From UHGV virus genome UHGV-1483955: a DNA stretch of 64,000 bases, one strand, 5' to 3'. Positions 40,392 to 53,040 of this stretch are shown here, piece by piece. Position numbers and translations under genes: made by a program. Within the stretch, counting starts at the first letter, position 1, and the number at the start of each line of letters is the position of its first letter. The notes beneath the pieces are model-generated. The model had not been told where the DNA came from and did not search any database. It was given only the letters and a program-made list of their open reading frames with translations. Origin of the DNA: a virus.

Positions 40392-41696
40392 ATGAGCGAG
40401 TATATAGAAATTGCCTATGCAGCAGCTACACATAGGCTGTGCTTTCTTACAGGCACTGGATTTTCAAAGGCTGTTTCTGATGATAAAGCCCCAAGTTGGC
40501 AATCTTTATTGGAGCAACTGTGCGGTTTATTGAAGGATGGTGACTCACTCAAAGAGGAATTATTTCCTGATGGAAAAGCAAAAGACCTTAGCCTTGAAGA
40601 GGCTGCTCAGGTTATTGCACTAAAATTTATACTTTCGGGGAAAAATATTTACCAGGAGATTGAGAAAATCATAGCCTCAATCGAACTTGATCCATCAATT
40701 GAATATATTCAAGACTTTTTCAAAGAAAACACATTTAAAGTAATTACGACAAATTATGACAAGTTAGCAGAAAAACTGGCTGGAGAGAATCGAACGTGTA
40801 CAATCACCCCCGGCCTGCCAATTCCAAAATATAATTGTGAGGTTAAAGTCTACCATGTTCACGGCTCTATAGACTCCCCATCAGATATGGTTGTTACTAG
40901 CGAGGATTATTTCAGATTTATAAATGGTAATTCTTACTTTTCAAATAAACTAAGCACAGTTCTACATGAAAACACTATTGTTATTCTTGGCTATTCTCTA
41001 AGTGACGCGAACCTCAAGGCGATTATAAATGAATATAAGGTGTTTTCACGGGACAACGTAATGTCCTCCAATATTTTCCTTATTTCCCGAGGAAAACTAT
41101 TGCAACCTATTAAAGATTACTATTTTTCCTGCTTTGGGATTAGGGTTATAGATAAAACAGAGGTGTCTGATTTCTTTAGAAAACTTAACAAGAAAATTCC
41201 AGAAGCAAAAAAAATAAAAGACAAATTGAGGCACTCAATCAAATCGGTAATAAAAAACGGAAGAGAGTATAAAATAGAGTTCTTGAAGTTAGAGGATTCT
41301 TTTTATCATATCATTTCCTCCATTTCATCATCTGGATATAGCTGGAATGATGAAAAGGTATTAAATGTTTTTTGTGATATAATAGATAAAAAAATAGATC
41401 TTACTAAAGAGTCTGGCGCATGGGAGCAGTATGAACACCTGGCAAAATGGCTTATTTATTTCGGTAGTTTATTTGAAGTAAAAGGAACCAACTTTGAGAA
41501 AAAATACATACATGCGGTTGAACACTCAATGACTTATATGAATAAACCTTACGAAACAGGCTACTCATGGCGAGCATATCTAGCCTGGAAAACAAAATGG
41601 CCTTCACTGACAGCATCTAACCGCTCTCTTATTAAGAGTAAGATGGAAGAAATCCCGCTACAACAGATTCACGATATTATATCTAAGTTTATATAG
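40392..41696 (+). CDS. SIR2-like (sirtuin-fold, putative NAD+-consuming) protein with uncharacterised C-terminal helical domain; candidate antiphage effector
   Basis: SIR2_2-type motifs CFLTGTGFSKA, ITTNYDKL, YHVHGS, VVTSEDY, IVILGYSLSDANL; gene visibly AT-rich versus flanks; GGAG SD 6 nt upstream of ATG. Confidence 0.8.
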   Translation: MSEYIEIAYAAATHRLCFLTGTGFSKAVSDDKAPSWQSLLEQLCGLLKDGDSLKEELFPDGKAKDLSLEEAAQVIALKFILSGKNIYQEIEKIIASIELDPSIEYIQDFFKENTFKVITTNYDKLAEKLAGENRTCTITPGLPIPKYNCEVKVYHVHGSIDSPSDMVVTSEDYFRFINGNSYFSNKLSTVLHENTIVILGYSLSDANLKAIINEYKVFSRDNVMSSNIFLISRGKLLQPIKDYYFSCFGIRVIDKTEVSDFFRKLNKKIPEAKKIKDKLRHSIKSVIKNGREYKIEFLKLEDSFYHIISSISSSGYSWNDEKVLNVFCDIIDKKIDLTKESGAWEQYEHLAKWLIYFGSLFEVKGTNFEKKYIHAVEHSMTYMNKPYETGYSWRAYLAWKTKWPSLTASNRSLIKSKMEEIPLQQIHDIISKFI

Positions 41697-41705
41697 TATA
41701 TTTAT

Positions 41706-41732
41706 CTCCGGCCTAATCTCCCTAGGCCGGAG
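41706..41732. terminator. perfect 10-bp hairpin CTCCGGCCTA-ATCTCCC-TAGGCCGGAG between convergent genes
   Basis: Perfect inverted repeat right after SIR2-like stop and before minus-strand gene end. Confidence 0.6.
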
Positions 41733-41737
41733 AGTTC

Positions 41738-41986
41738 TTAATCAGCATTCAGGAGCAATGCGTTATCTATGATGATCTGCTCCCATTCCTCGAATGCCCG
41801 GTCGCGGACGCCCTGGGGAACGCTGTTAGTTTTGAAATCGACGACCGTCCGCCATTTTCCGTCCGGACGGTACATGCGCAGAGCTTTACTTCCCCCTTCC
41901 CTGCGCACCTCAACGTTATGCTTGTCAGCAAACTCTTGTAATGCTCGTAGCGTCCCATGCTTTACTGTGTAGTATCGCTTTTTCAA
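41738..41986 (-). CDS. lxc: small protein, possible C1 co-regulator
   Basis: 82-aa ORF, last gene of darB operon; symbol by recalled synteny and size. Confidence 0.45.
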   Translation of the reverse strand: MKKRYYTVKHGTLRALQEFADKHNVEVRREGGSKALRMYRPDGKWRTVVDFKTNSVPQGVRDRAFEEWEQIIIDNALLLNAD

Positions 41987-42423
41987 GTTTTCTCTCCAGC
42001 CTGTGCCAAGGCTTCAACTTCCAAATCGTAAGACTCAAACTCATAGTCCTGGTCGTCAACTTCTTCAGGCACTGGCAGTAAATGCCAGGCTGAGTATATC
42101 TGACCATTATCAAAACGCTCCTGGCTGTAGAGCGTCGCGGCTATGAGTGTTAGCGCCGGGCGGTCATAACGGTAAATTTTGCGAACGTCACGGTCAACGA
42201 GACGACCGAAATTACCATAACCGCGCTCCAGTAATAATTTTTTAATTTCCGGCCAGTATGGACCATAGCTGCGGTACAGGCGGGGATTTTTCAGTAATCG
42301 CCCGCGTAGCCCTGACAGGAAGAAATCAACGTATTCGTCTTCTGTCTTTCCTAACAACGCTGTACGGAGTACCGCCTCAAGATATGTTTTATTCGGTTTT
42401 ATTGTATCAGATAGTGTGGCCAT
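41983..42423 (-). CDS. ulx: hypothetical protein upstream of lxc
   Basis: 146-aa ORF overlapping lxc start by 4 nt. Confidence 0.45.
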   Translation of the reverse strand: MATLSDTIKPNKTYLEAVLRTALLGKTEDEYVDFFLSGLRGRLLKNPRLYRSYGPYWPEIKKLLLERGYGNFGRLVDRDVRKIYRYDRPALTLIAATLYSQERFDNGQIYSAWHLLPVPEEVDDQDYEFESYDLEVEALAQAGEKT

Positions 42424-42456
42424 ATTATGCGACGCCCGGCGAACCGGGCGCTCCTG

Positions 42457-45400
42457 TTATGCGTATTGTTGGATGACGGCCAGAACGTCCGCCACGTTGT
42501 GTTTTGTCTCGATAATCCACCAGTTACCCGGGAAATCGCTGTTCTTCGCCTTCGCTGGCAGCCAGCGAGCGCCGAATTTCGCCTTGATTGCGTCTTTCGC
42601 ACGGAAAAGAACGCCTTTCATGCCTGAGGCTTCCTGAAGCCCAAATACCTCGCCAGCGGCGAATTTTGGTGCGTACATCATCTTCAGGTCGGCGGTGGAT
42701 ACGCGATAATTCAGACCAAGAGACTGAGCTATGCTGGTGGCATCACCCTGTATTGATGATAACTCTTCTTGTTTCTCGTTTCTGGCGGCAATCTCTTCCT
42801 CCGTGATGTTGCCAAGGGCTAGGTTTATCCGATCAGCGTCGGCCTGTTTCTCTTCATCGGTGCGCCCGGCAAGAACCGTGTTAATTCTCTGCAATATCTC
42901 CACATGATTCTTGCGCATGCTGAGCAATTCCGGCGTAACCTCGTTAAGATCCACCAGCCCAAGGATGGCAAGGTCGGAAAACATTGATACCAGGTTGTAG
43001 GTCATGCGATAGCTGAGTTGACCATAGGCTGATGGCAACTTCACCGCATCCATTTGATAGGCATCCATAAATTTAGAGCCGTCGTTTACGACATCCGCTA
43101 TTGCAGGTGTGATTTTCCCTGTGGTGGCGGCCTCCCTGATTGCTGTTACCCACGATTGAGTCAGCGCGGCGACTGCATGATTCAGATTGGCTTCCCGTTC
43201 TGCTGCGATGCGCGCGCTTGCTGCGTCCATTGCCTGCTTGATCTCGGCTTTATTGCTGTAAATGCCAATGGTGCCAAACTGTGCTGTGGTGATCTCATAA
43301 TCTGACCCCCGGAACTCATTGGTACCGAAAATGGCATTGGTGACTTCAAGTTCAGAATCCCCGTTACGAGTAGCCCCCTGGCTTGTTTTTTCCGGCATTC
43401 TGGCGATCGCATCCGCTATTTTCTCCTGAATTGCTTCAGGGGATAGCGTATCTCCGTATGACGCGATTACATCGCCATAATTGGAGCCAAACAATTCAAC
43501 CAGGAATGTTTCTGCCGAACGGATCTGGCGGTTATTCCCTTCCGACATCATACCAAGCACCCATTTTGCAATTGACGACTTCAGCGCGCCGTCACGGCGA
43601 TCCGGGTAAACCGCATGCTTCAGTGGGTCCGTATAGGTACCAACAAAATCAATGCTATAGCCTGACTCTGTAGTCTGAACGCCGTACGAGTCAGTTATTT
43701 TGATCATGCCGCGCTGCTGGAAACGGTAGAAATCGTCACAGGAAATGATGTCGTTAATCCCGGCGATGGAGACGCCACCACTGATTTTCTGCATAACAGC
43801 ATCTTCATCGGGAGTTACATCCACCTGTTTATCCAGCGTCTTCACATCCCAGTTACCCGATTTGGTGCCTTTGAAGGTAAAGATGATCTCCACGTCTGCG
43901 CGCTGGCTGTCGAAGTCCAGCGACTTAATGCGAACGATATCACCGGCACAATCGTAGTATTGGCCTACACGCCATGAGCGATCGCCGATAACAAGGAACT
44001 CACTCGCATGGTTAACCAGGTCAGGATCAACATCCAGAATGCCTTTATTTATTGCATCCTCCACCAGCGGGCGCAGGCGTTTGATATCCGTCGCGGCCTT
44101 CTGAGTACGGTTCAATAATTTCTCATAGCGGGAGATGGCCTGAGAGATATTAGCCTTGCGCTGAATGGCGCTTTTCAACGACGCGCGATACTGTGATAAC
44201 AACATACGGTCTGTGTGATGGACGCTACCCCAGCGGGCTTTCCAGTCTGCGTTATCAGCTGCTTTGGCCATTACCGCCTGTTTGAATTTGGCGACGTCGG
44301 CGGTGGTCTTTTCAAGTTCCGCTTTGCTTCGCTCCAATTCAGCGGTAAGTACCTCCACATCCTCACCAGCTGCGTGCTGCGCCTTGATGTAGTTCTGAAG
44401 GTCGATAGTAGCCTGTTCTTTCTGGCGAGCGCGTTTCGCAGCTTTCGCCTTATCCATTTGAACCTGCATCATTGCCAGACGTTCGCCGTCATCCTTCGCG
44501 GTATACATCTGCATTTCGATCATATCGTTGGCGTCGGCGTTCTCCATTTCTGACTTATCTGAACGGAGGATATCGGAGATCCAGCCTGCTTTACGCTTCA
44601 GCGTCTTCAGTCGGTATTCATCGAAAGACCCCTTGCCGCAGTAGTAGTGAACGCGAACGCTTGCACGGTTGGAGCCAACTCGGGCACCGCGACCGTTTCG
44701 TTGCGCAATACTGGCTGGAGTCCATGGCAACGTCAGATGATGGATGTCAGTCGTTCCTCGATGCAGGTTGATACCCACCTCTGCCTTTTTGTTGCAGATG
44801 ATGATCGGAGTCCGGCCCTCCTGGAAGTCGGCTGCAATCTTTTCCAGACCGCCCAACGACATTTCATTTTGCTGCGCGATATAGGCGTCATACAGAGCCA
44901 TTTGCTCGTTGTATTTCGCTATCTGTGCATCTGTTGGTTCATCCGGTAACTCTTTCGGCGGTTTAACCGCTTTCAGTTTCTTACCGGTTTTACCTGCCTC
45001 GGCAACCGTCTGAGCATTCAGTATCCCCACCTTTGAAGGTTCAAGGTTAAGAGCATTGCAGATAATGCGCTTGAGCTTCTGGTGCTGCGTTTTTTCATCG
45101 GTGAAGATGATTTGCTTACCTTCCGGGAAAAACTCCTTCAGCGTGGCAATCAGCTTCGCGTATTTGGGCGTAACGGGGTGAGTTACGGTCTGTTCGTCAA
45201 TGCCAAACCTGGCCAGGCGCTTATTCACTTCCTGCTCGAACGCTTCCGGAACCTGCAACTGAATAAACTCGCCCTTATCTATCAGGGAGTATTGCGATTG
45301 CTGCGTGATTAAATCATCACTGTCGTCGTCTTCGCTGGTGGCTTGTTTAGGCAAACTGTCCGCCAGCTGCTGCACCGCATCGGCGTACTCCGGCAGGAAA

Positions 45401-48400
45401 CGATAGGTGATCCGGCGATAGTACAGGTCCATGTCAGTACATACGCGGTCCATATCCCTGATTATTGAGAAGATCGGACGGGCTTTCTCGTGCTCAATCA
45501 CGCCGTCTTCATTGACCGAGGTCGTTACGCCATTGTTGGCTTTGGCCGCCGCTTCCGCCTGCTGACGCAATTCTTCATACGCCGCCAGTTGTTCTTCAGT
45601 AAGTGGTGCATCCTGCTGGTGTTCGTCCAGCTCCGGGATCTCCACGGTATCCTTAACGTCTTCCGCCGTTTTAAGCGTTACCCAGCGATGGAATATACCG
45701 CGCAGCGCATCAAGGTTTTCAAAGCCCACCAGCGCCATTTTTTCTTCAACTTCACCGCTAATTTTCTGTACCGTTTCCAGCCTGGTCTTGCCGAAGAATT
45801 TAACGAAGTCATCAGGACCGTAGATCCCCATGTTCTGCCAGTATTCCTTCGGCAGAACATGAGAAAGCATGTTGTATGCATCGATCGGGGTGTTAACGAC
45901 TGGCGTTGCAGTCAGGAGAACCGGCCCGCGCCCACCATTCTTTTTCATCAGGTACGCGTTTTTAATTGCCATATCTCGCGCCGATTGCGCCACCGCGCTG
46001 GTGGGCAGATAGGCCAGTTGTGACGCTTCGCGACCATTTTTATAGCTATTGCGGTAGTTGTGACCTTCGTCAGCGATCACACTATCGAAGCCCATATCCT
46101 CAAAGTACGGATACTTCTCTGCTTTTTCGGTGCCGGTATCTGAATACTCCGACAATACCCGGCGACGCGCGGCCTCTTTGCGGTGGGAGTCGGAGTCCAT
46201 TGCGCTGGCTACGCGTCCGGCGGCAACGAAGTCATAAAGCATATCCTGTGCATGCTCATCTACGGTGTCATCACGTAGCGGAATGCGGGCGTATTGTTCT
46301 TTGGTAAACACGACTGCACGGTAATTTGAGTGCGGGATCGCGTTCATCCGCGCCGTGATAGTGGCTTCATCTGCCAGCTTAAGAGCATCGCGCATAACTG
46401 GAGTGCCATCAGTACCAAGAACAGGTTTACCGTTCTCATCGAGCACCTGCACCTGGCGAATCTGATCGCCATCCATCAGCACATCAAGACCGACGAACAG
46501 GTAGTTACTGAATGCCTCTTCACTCAGGAATTCTTTTGCTTCGTAATACCAGTTTTCCAGCACTGATTTAGGCACTACATACGCAGTACGGGTGGAGCGA
46601 CCGTTCTCATAGTTGAACGCCTCAAGCGCCAGCGCGGTCGTGGTTTTACCCAGCCCGGTGCCGAAGCCCAGGATGCCGCGCCCATCTTCGGACAGTCGGC
46701 GCACCTCGCTATTCTGGTAATCAAATGGCTGGCGCTTACCGCTTAATCCCTTCAACCCAAGCGGATCGCCAGAGTGTTCATACGGGATATTGCTATTGAA
46801 CACATCGTTGTATTTGGCAACCAGCTCATCGTAGCGATCGTGCGTCTTGATCCACTTATTGAACTGGTCCTCAAGCAGTGCCATCTGCTCGCGGTAGCCG
46901 TTCGCCGTCGCGCTATCTTTGCCACCGATACGCGCACCATTGAGATACTTTTCCAGCTGTGCCGGGAACCCGGTCGCGTTTTCACCTGATTTACGGTCCC
47001 ACTCGTAGCGAATCTCACCTGTTTCTTTATCCTTGCGCTGGACGACACCGTATCGGTGCCCGACGAACAGACCATCACCACCGTGATAGGTGTCAGAAAC
47101 CATTTCGTCGCCTTCCAGCTGCACTGACTGCACATAGCGCAGATCCGGATAGCCGTTTTCCTGCAAAAATTCCAGAATGACGGAACGGTCGAACCAACGG
47201 CTATTGAGCTTAAACCGGATATTCTCTGCTGGCGTCTTGATGCGCTTCTCTTCGATAGCTGCCAGCTGATTAAGGACGTTGTTCTTTACTGGACCGTCGG
47301 GGAGTGTGGCGAGGAATTCCTGTTTTGGAGCCACTATCTCGTTAATGTCGCCGCTGGTGGCGCGGGCGAACGGAACAATCCCGCCATACGGTGAAACCGC
47401 AATACCAGGGGTGCTGGCCAATAAATTAAGCAACTCTTCATCACTGGCTGGCAGTTCGCCGGTAAACGCAAGGCGGAAATCATCGAGCTGGATTGGATCG
47501 CGGGTGAGATCGCTATAGAGATAACGCAGGGTGTCCTGATAGCTGGTGGAGTCATAACTTGCGCTGGAATCATGCGTAACCAGCTTCCCTGTCAGCTCGT
47601 CAGAAATAGTGCCATCCAGCTTAATTGCACCACGGAAAGCAAACCAGGCGCGCGCACCGCTCCCCGACAATTTCGCTATCGGACCGCGACCGGGGTTACC
47701 AAAACGGTCAATCTCTGCCTGCAAACGGGATACCAGAGAAAGGCGCTGCTGTTCGATTTGTTCAGCACTATGCCCGGCGGCCTTCATGTCCTGATATTCA
47801 ATTAACATCCGGCCAATCATCGCCCCGCGATACAAGCGTTCACGGTATTTTTCAGGCTGGCTGTTAATCCAGTCCACCAGCTGCACCATATCGTCGCTGA
47901 TTGATGTGGTGTACTTATCGCGGACATTTGCCATCTGGGTAAATGTCATGCCGAGACGGCCTTCTGTTGTAGTCAGGTTACGCTGAAGAGCCTCCCAGCT
48001 ATCCGCGCCATAACTGGCAGCATCGATCTTAAGTTCCTTCCCGGCATCAGCTTCAATCCAGCGACCACCAGCATATTTTTGCCATACGCCATTAATCAGG
48101 CGCATTTCCCCTTCACCAACAACGTCTGCGGTCGGTGACGGTTCAGCCATATCGAGCAAAGACCAGTCGATACGGCTTTCGAAACGATGAATCAGCTTCG
48201 CTTTAAGAGCCTGGTTATCAATCTGACCGTCGGCACGAACCTCAATACGCCCCTGGAAGCCCTTTTCCTGGGTGCCATGAACAAACCGGCGGCCGTCCTT
48301 TTCAAACCACTTGCCAGAAATAAACGTTGGCCAAAGCACATTTGCCGATTCGAGAGTGCTTTCATCCACCAGGGGGATTTTCTCAGCCATCTCTGCCGGA

Positions 48401-49224
48401 TGTTTGCGCATCAGCACCACATCAACAACTGTACTGGTCCCGTTTGCGTCAAAAGTACCGGTAGGCAAGCGGTGGGCACCAAGAAATTCAGCTTTCCGTG
48501 ATAGGCGCAGGCGTAACCGCTTCATGTTTGAACCTGAAACAATGGACGGCGGCACAATCACGCACATGAATCCGCCTGGCTTTATCTTGTCCAGCATGCG
48601 GAGCATGAAGTAAGAACCCATGTCCGTTTCTTCTGCGTAAGGCTTATCGATGTTGCGTGTGTTATCACGACCACCGAACGGAACGTTACCCACAACATGG
48701 TCGAATGAATCGTTAGGCGTGCTTACAGCCAGTTGTTCGAACGGAGAAATCTGTACGCTGTCTTCCGGGTGCAACAGCTGGTTTATACGACCGGAAACAC
48801 TGCTGATCTCAGTCGCGGTCATCACCGTACCAACCGGTTTTGTCTCATTAAAAACGCCGGTTCCCGCCGATGGTTCCAGAGTGTTACCTACGTCCGCGCC
48901 GTAGAGCTTCATGATCTCCCAGACACCTTCAGCGATCGGCTTTGGTGTGTAATATTCGGAGACGGACCCGCCAATGCCGCCTTCACCGGTGTACCCAGCC
49001 AGGATCTGGCGCTGTTCATCTGTCAGTGTCGCGCCGTCCACCAGCGAATTAAGCAAATCTATCGCCTTCTGATTCGCCTCACGGCGCAGTCGGTCATAGC
49101 TTTTGCCTTCCACCTTTTCCACGCCGTATTTAATCGGCGCTCGGTGAGATGTTATTGCCCTAATGTATTTCAATATTTCGCTGACACTTGAACAGCGAAA
49201 CACCCCCATAGATAGCTTGTTCAT
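42457..49224 (-). CDS. darB: giant antirestriction protein with methyltransferase-like and DExH helicase-like domains
   Basis: 2255 aa; N-terminal GNVPFGG MTase-like motif; helicase motifs GFGTGLGKT, DEGHNYRN, LLTATPVVN. Confidence 0.85.
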   Translation of the reverse strand: MNKLSMGVFRCSSVSEILKYIRAITSHRAPIKYGVEKVEGKSYDRLRREANQKAIDLLNSLVDGATLTDEQRQILAGYTGEGGIGGSVSEYYTPKPIAEGVWEIMKLYGADVGNTLEPSAGTGVFNETKPVGTVMTATEISSVSGRINQLLHPEDSVQISPFEQLAVSTPNDSFDHVVGNVPFGGRDNTRNIDKPYAEETDMGSYFMLRMLDKIKPGGFMCVIVPPSIVSGSNMKRLRLRLSRKAEFLGAHRLPTGTFDANGTSTVVDVVLMRKHPAEMAEKIPLVDESTLESANVLWPTFISGKWFEKDGRRFVHGTQEKGFQGRIEVRADGQIDNQALKAKLIHRFESRIDWSLLDMAEPSPTADVVGEGEMRLINGVWQKYAGGRWIEADAGKELKIDAASYGADSWEALQRNLTTTEGRLGMTFTQMANVRDKYTTSISDDMVQLVDWINSQPEKYRERLYRGAMIGRMLIEYQDMKAAGHSAEQIEQQRLSLVSRLQAEIDRFGNPGRGPIAKLSGSGARAWFAFRGAIKLDGTISDELTGKLVTHDSSASYDSTSYQDTLRYLYSDLTRDPIQLDDFRLAFTGELPASDEELLNLLASTPGIAVSPYGGIVPFARATSGDINEIVAPKQEFLATLPDGPVKNNVLNQLAAIEEKRIKTPAENIRFKLNSRWFDRSVILEFLQENGYPDLRYVQSVQLEGDEMVSDTYHGGDGLFVGHRYGVVQRKDKETGEIRYEWDRKSGENATGFPAQLEKYLNGARIGGKDSATANGYREQMALLEDQFNKWIKTHDRYDELVAKYNDVFNSNIPYEHSGDPLGLKGLSGKRQPFDYQNSEVRRLSEDGRGILGFGTGLGKTTTALALEAFNYENGRSTRTAYVVPKSVLENWYYEAKEFLSEEAFSNYLFVGLDVLMDGDQIRQVQVLDENGKPVLGTDGTPVMRDALKLADEATITARMNAIPHSNYRAVVFTKEQYARIPLRDDTVDEHAQDMLYDFVAAGRVASAMDSDSHRKEAARRRVLSEYSDTGTEKAEKYPYFEDMGFDSVIADEGHNYRNSYKNGREASQLAYLPTSAVAQSARDMAIKNAYLMKKNGGRGPVLLTATPVVNTPIDAYNMLSHVLPKEYWQNMGIYGPDDFVKFFGKTRLETVQKISGEVEEKMALVGFENLDALRGIFHRWVTLKTAEDVKDTVEIPELDEHQQDAPLTEEQLAAYEELRQQAEAAAKANNGVTTSVNEDGVIEHEKARPIFSIIRDMDRVCTDMDLYYRRITYRFLPEYADAVQQLADSLPKQATSEDDDSDDLITQQSQYSLIDKGEFIQLQVPEAFEQEVNKRLARFGIDEQTVTHPVTPKYAKLIATLKEFFPEGKQIIFTDEKTQHQKLKRIICNALNLEPSKVGILNAQTVAEAGKTGKKLKAVKPPKELPDEPTDAQIAKYNEQMALYDAYIAQQNEMSLGGLEKIAADFQEGRTPIIICNKKAEVGINLHRGTTDIHHLTLPWTPASIAQRNGRGARVGSNRASVRVHYYCGKGSFDEYRLKTLKRKAGWISDILRSDKSEMENADANDMIEMQMYTAKDDGERLAMMQVQMDKAKAAKRARQKEQATIDLQNYIKAQHAAGEDVEVLTAELERSKAELEKTTADVAKFKQAVMAKAADNADWKARWGSVHHTDRMLLSQYRASLKSAIQRKANISQAISRYEKLLNRTQKAATDIKRLRPLVEDAINKGILDVDPDLVNHASEFLVIGDRSWRVGQYYDCAGDIVRIKSLDFDSQRADVEIIFTFKGTKSGNWDVKTLDKQVDVTPDEDAVMQKISGGVSIAGINDIISCDDFYRFQQRGMIKITDSYGVQTTESGYSIDFVGTYTDPLKHAVYPDRRDGALKSSIAKWVLGMMSEGNNRQIRSAETFLVELFGSNYGDVIASYGDTLSPEAIQEKIADAIARMPEKTSQGATRNGDSELEVTNAIFGTNEFRGSDYEITTAQFGTIGIYSNKAEIKQAMDAASARIAAEREANLNHAVAALTQSWVTAIREAATTGKITPAIADVVNDGSKFMDAYQMDAVKLPSAYGQLSYRMTYNLVSMFSDLAILGLVDLNEVTPELLSMRKNHVEILQRINTVLAGRTDEEKQADADRINLALGNITEEEIAARNEKQEELSSIQGDATSIAQSLGLNYRVSTADLKMMYAPKFAAGEVFGLQEASGMKGVLFRAKDAIKAKFGARWLPAKAKNSDFPGNWWIIETKHNVADVLAVIQQYA

Positions 49225-49291
49225 TGGTAATCCTTAACAAGTGACTAGTGTTAAATTTCCGTTCAAACACGATGCGAATTATTCTAATTAA

Positions 49292-52022
<2,731 letters not shown>

Positions 52023-52033
52023 CCACCAAAAAT

Positions 52034-52055
52034 AACCCCGGCAGCTGCCGGGGTT
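52034..52055. terminator. bidirectional terminator, perfect palindrome AACCCCGGCAGCTGCCGGGGTT
   Basis: 22-bp perfect palindrome between convergent pro and lysis genes. Confidence 0.75.
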
Positions 52056-52066
52056 CTCGTTAACTA

Positions 52067-52327
52067 TTATCGCCTTCGCCTGCGTGCCATATATTTGCGC
52101 ACCGCGCGGCGTGGACAATCTGAAGCGGTTTCTTTCTGCTGCATCAATCTCGCAGCCATGCTCAAAAATGTCAGGCACAGCCGAAGCCCGGCATACAATA
52201 GCGGTTCCAGTGGCCACGTCTCATTGAGCACATATACCGCCATGAAAATCGAGTCAAAAACTATCGCCGCCAGCGATAACTTCATTGTCGAAAGTCGGCG
52301 GAGCTGCCGGAGTTTATTCATTGACAA
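52067..52327 (-). CDS. small membrane protein, possible lysis accessory
   Basis: 86 aa with hydrophobic segment, immediately downstream of endolysin. Confidence 0.4.
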   Translation of the reverse strand: MSMNKLRQLRRLSTMKLSLAAIVFDSIFMAVYVLNETWPLEPLLYAGLRLCLTFLSMAARLMQQKETASDCPRRAVRKYMARRRRR

Positions 52328-52871
52328 GCCCCGTCAGGCAAAGCTGGCGTTCTTTTTCACGGCGAATCTTTAAACCTCGCAGGGGCACGCCGTTACTGTT
52401 CACGAAATCAGGGAGATGGTTACACATATTCACCCATTCCCCTTTCTGCGCCCACTTGTGGATGGACGTTTCTACTCGCATGCCTCGCGCTTTGCTGTAG
52501 TAGGTCCGTAAGCTATTGCATCCCATATTGAATGCCGCGCTTGTCATTGCACTGAAGGCATTATCGGGCATGTCTTTGCCCCGGAAGTGCTGATTAATAC
52601 AGCGTTCAGCGATCAGGATATTCTTTTCCCAATCAGCGGCGATTTGCTGGTCGGTTTTTCGCACACCCGGCGTTACCCCGTGTGTATTACCGATCCCGTC
52701 AGTCCATACCCCCGCCGGGCACATGTATGGATCACGTCGGCAACCTTCAGCGTTACCAATCAGCTCAAGCCCCGCCTGGTTGGTTCGCACATTGCCATTA
52801 CCCATCACGATGGTAATCATCACCGCGATAGCGCAAATTGCACCGCCTCCTGCGGCTGTTTTTCCCTTCAT
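52314..52871 (-). CDS. lyz: SAR endolysin (T4 lysozyme-like GH24)
   Basis: N-terminal SAR-like TM GGGAICAIAVMITIVMG then catalytic-region GLELIGNAEGCRRDPY; 185 aa. Confidence 0.85.
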   Translation of the reverse strand: MKGKTAAGGGAICAIAVMITIVMGNGNVRTNQAGLELIGNAEGCRRDPYMCPAGVWTDGIGNTHGVTPGVRKTDQQIAADWEKNILIAERCINQHFRGKDMPDNAFSAMTSAAFNMGCNSLRTYYSKARGMRVETSIHKWAQKGEWVNMCNHLPDFVNSNGVPLRGLKIRREKERQLCLTGLVNE

Positions 52872-53004
52872 AAAGACCTCATAAGCGAATTTTTTACGCT
52901 CCAGGACAAACACTCATTCACAGCCAATACCGACTGACTCGATCCCTTTAGAAGGCACAGGATAATGCAAATCACTTGTTAGCCACGTTTCAAAGATATA
53001 CATT

Positions 53005-53021
53005 ATTGCTCTAATTAATTT
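53005..53021 (+). promoter_or_regulatory. C1 operator-like 17-mer ATTGCTCTAATTAATTT upstream of ssb
   Basis: 16/17 match. Confidence 0.7.
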
Positions 53022-53040
53022 ATTTTATTAGGTAAGAAAA

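Noticed and set aside
40336-41737. Thoeris, SPARSA, DSR or SIR2-HerA assignment for the SIR2-like gene
   Set aside because: No TIR, short pAgo or HerA gene is adjacent, the protein is far shorter than DSR proteins, and the C-terminus does not look like a SLOG Rossmann domain; left as unclassified standalone SIR2-like
42457-49224. Many 60-180-codon plus-strand and alternative-frame ORFs inside darB (for example 45490-46023, 48733-49191)
   Set aside because: Fully embedded in a long, motif-supported minus-strand gene; typical shadow ORFs of a GC-balanced sequence
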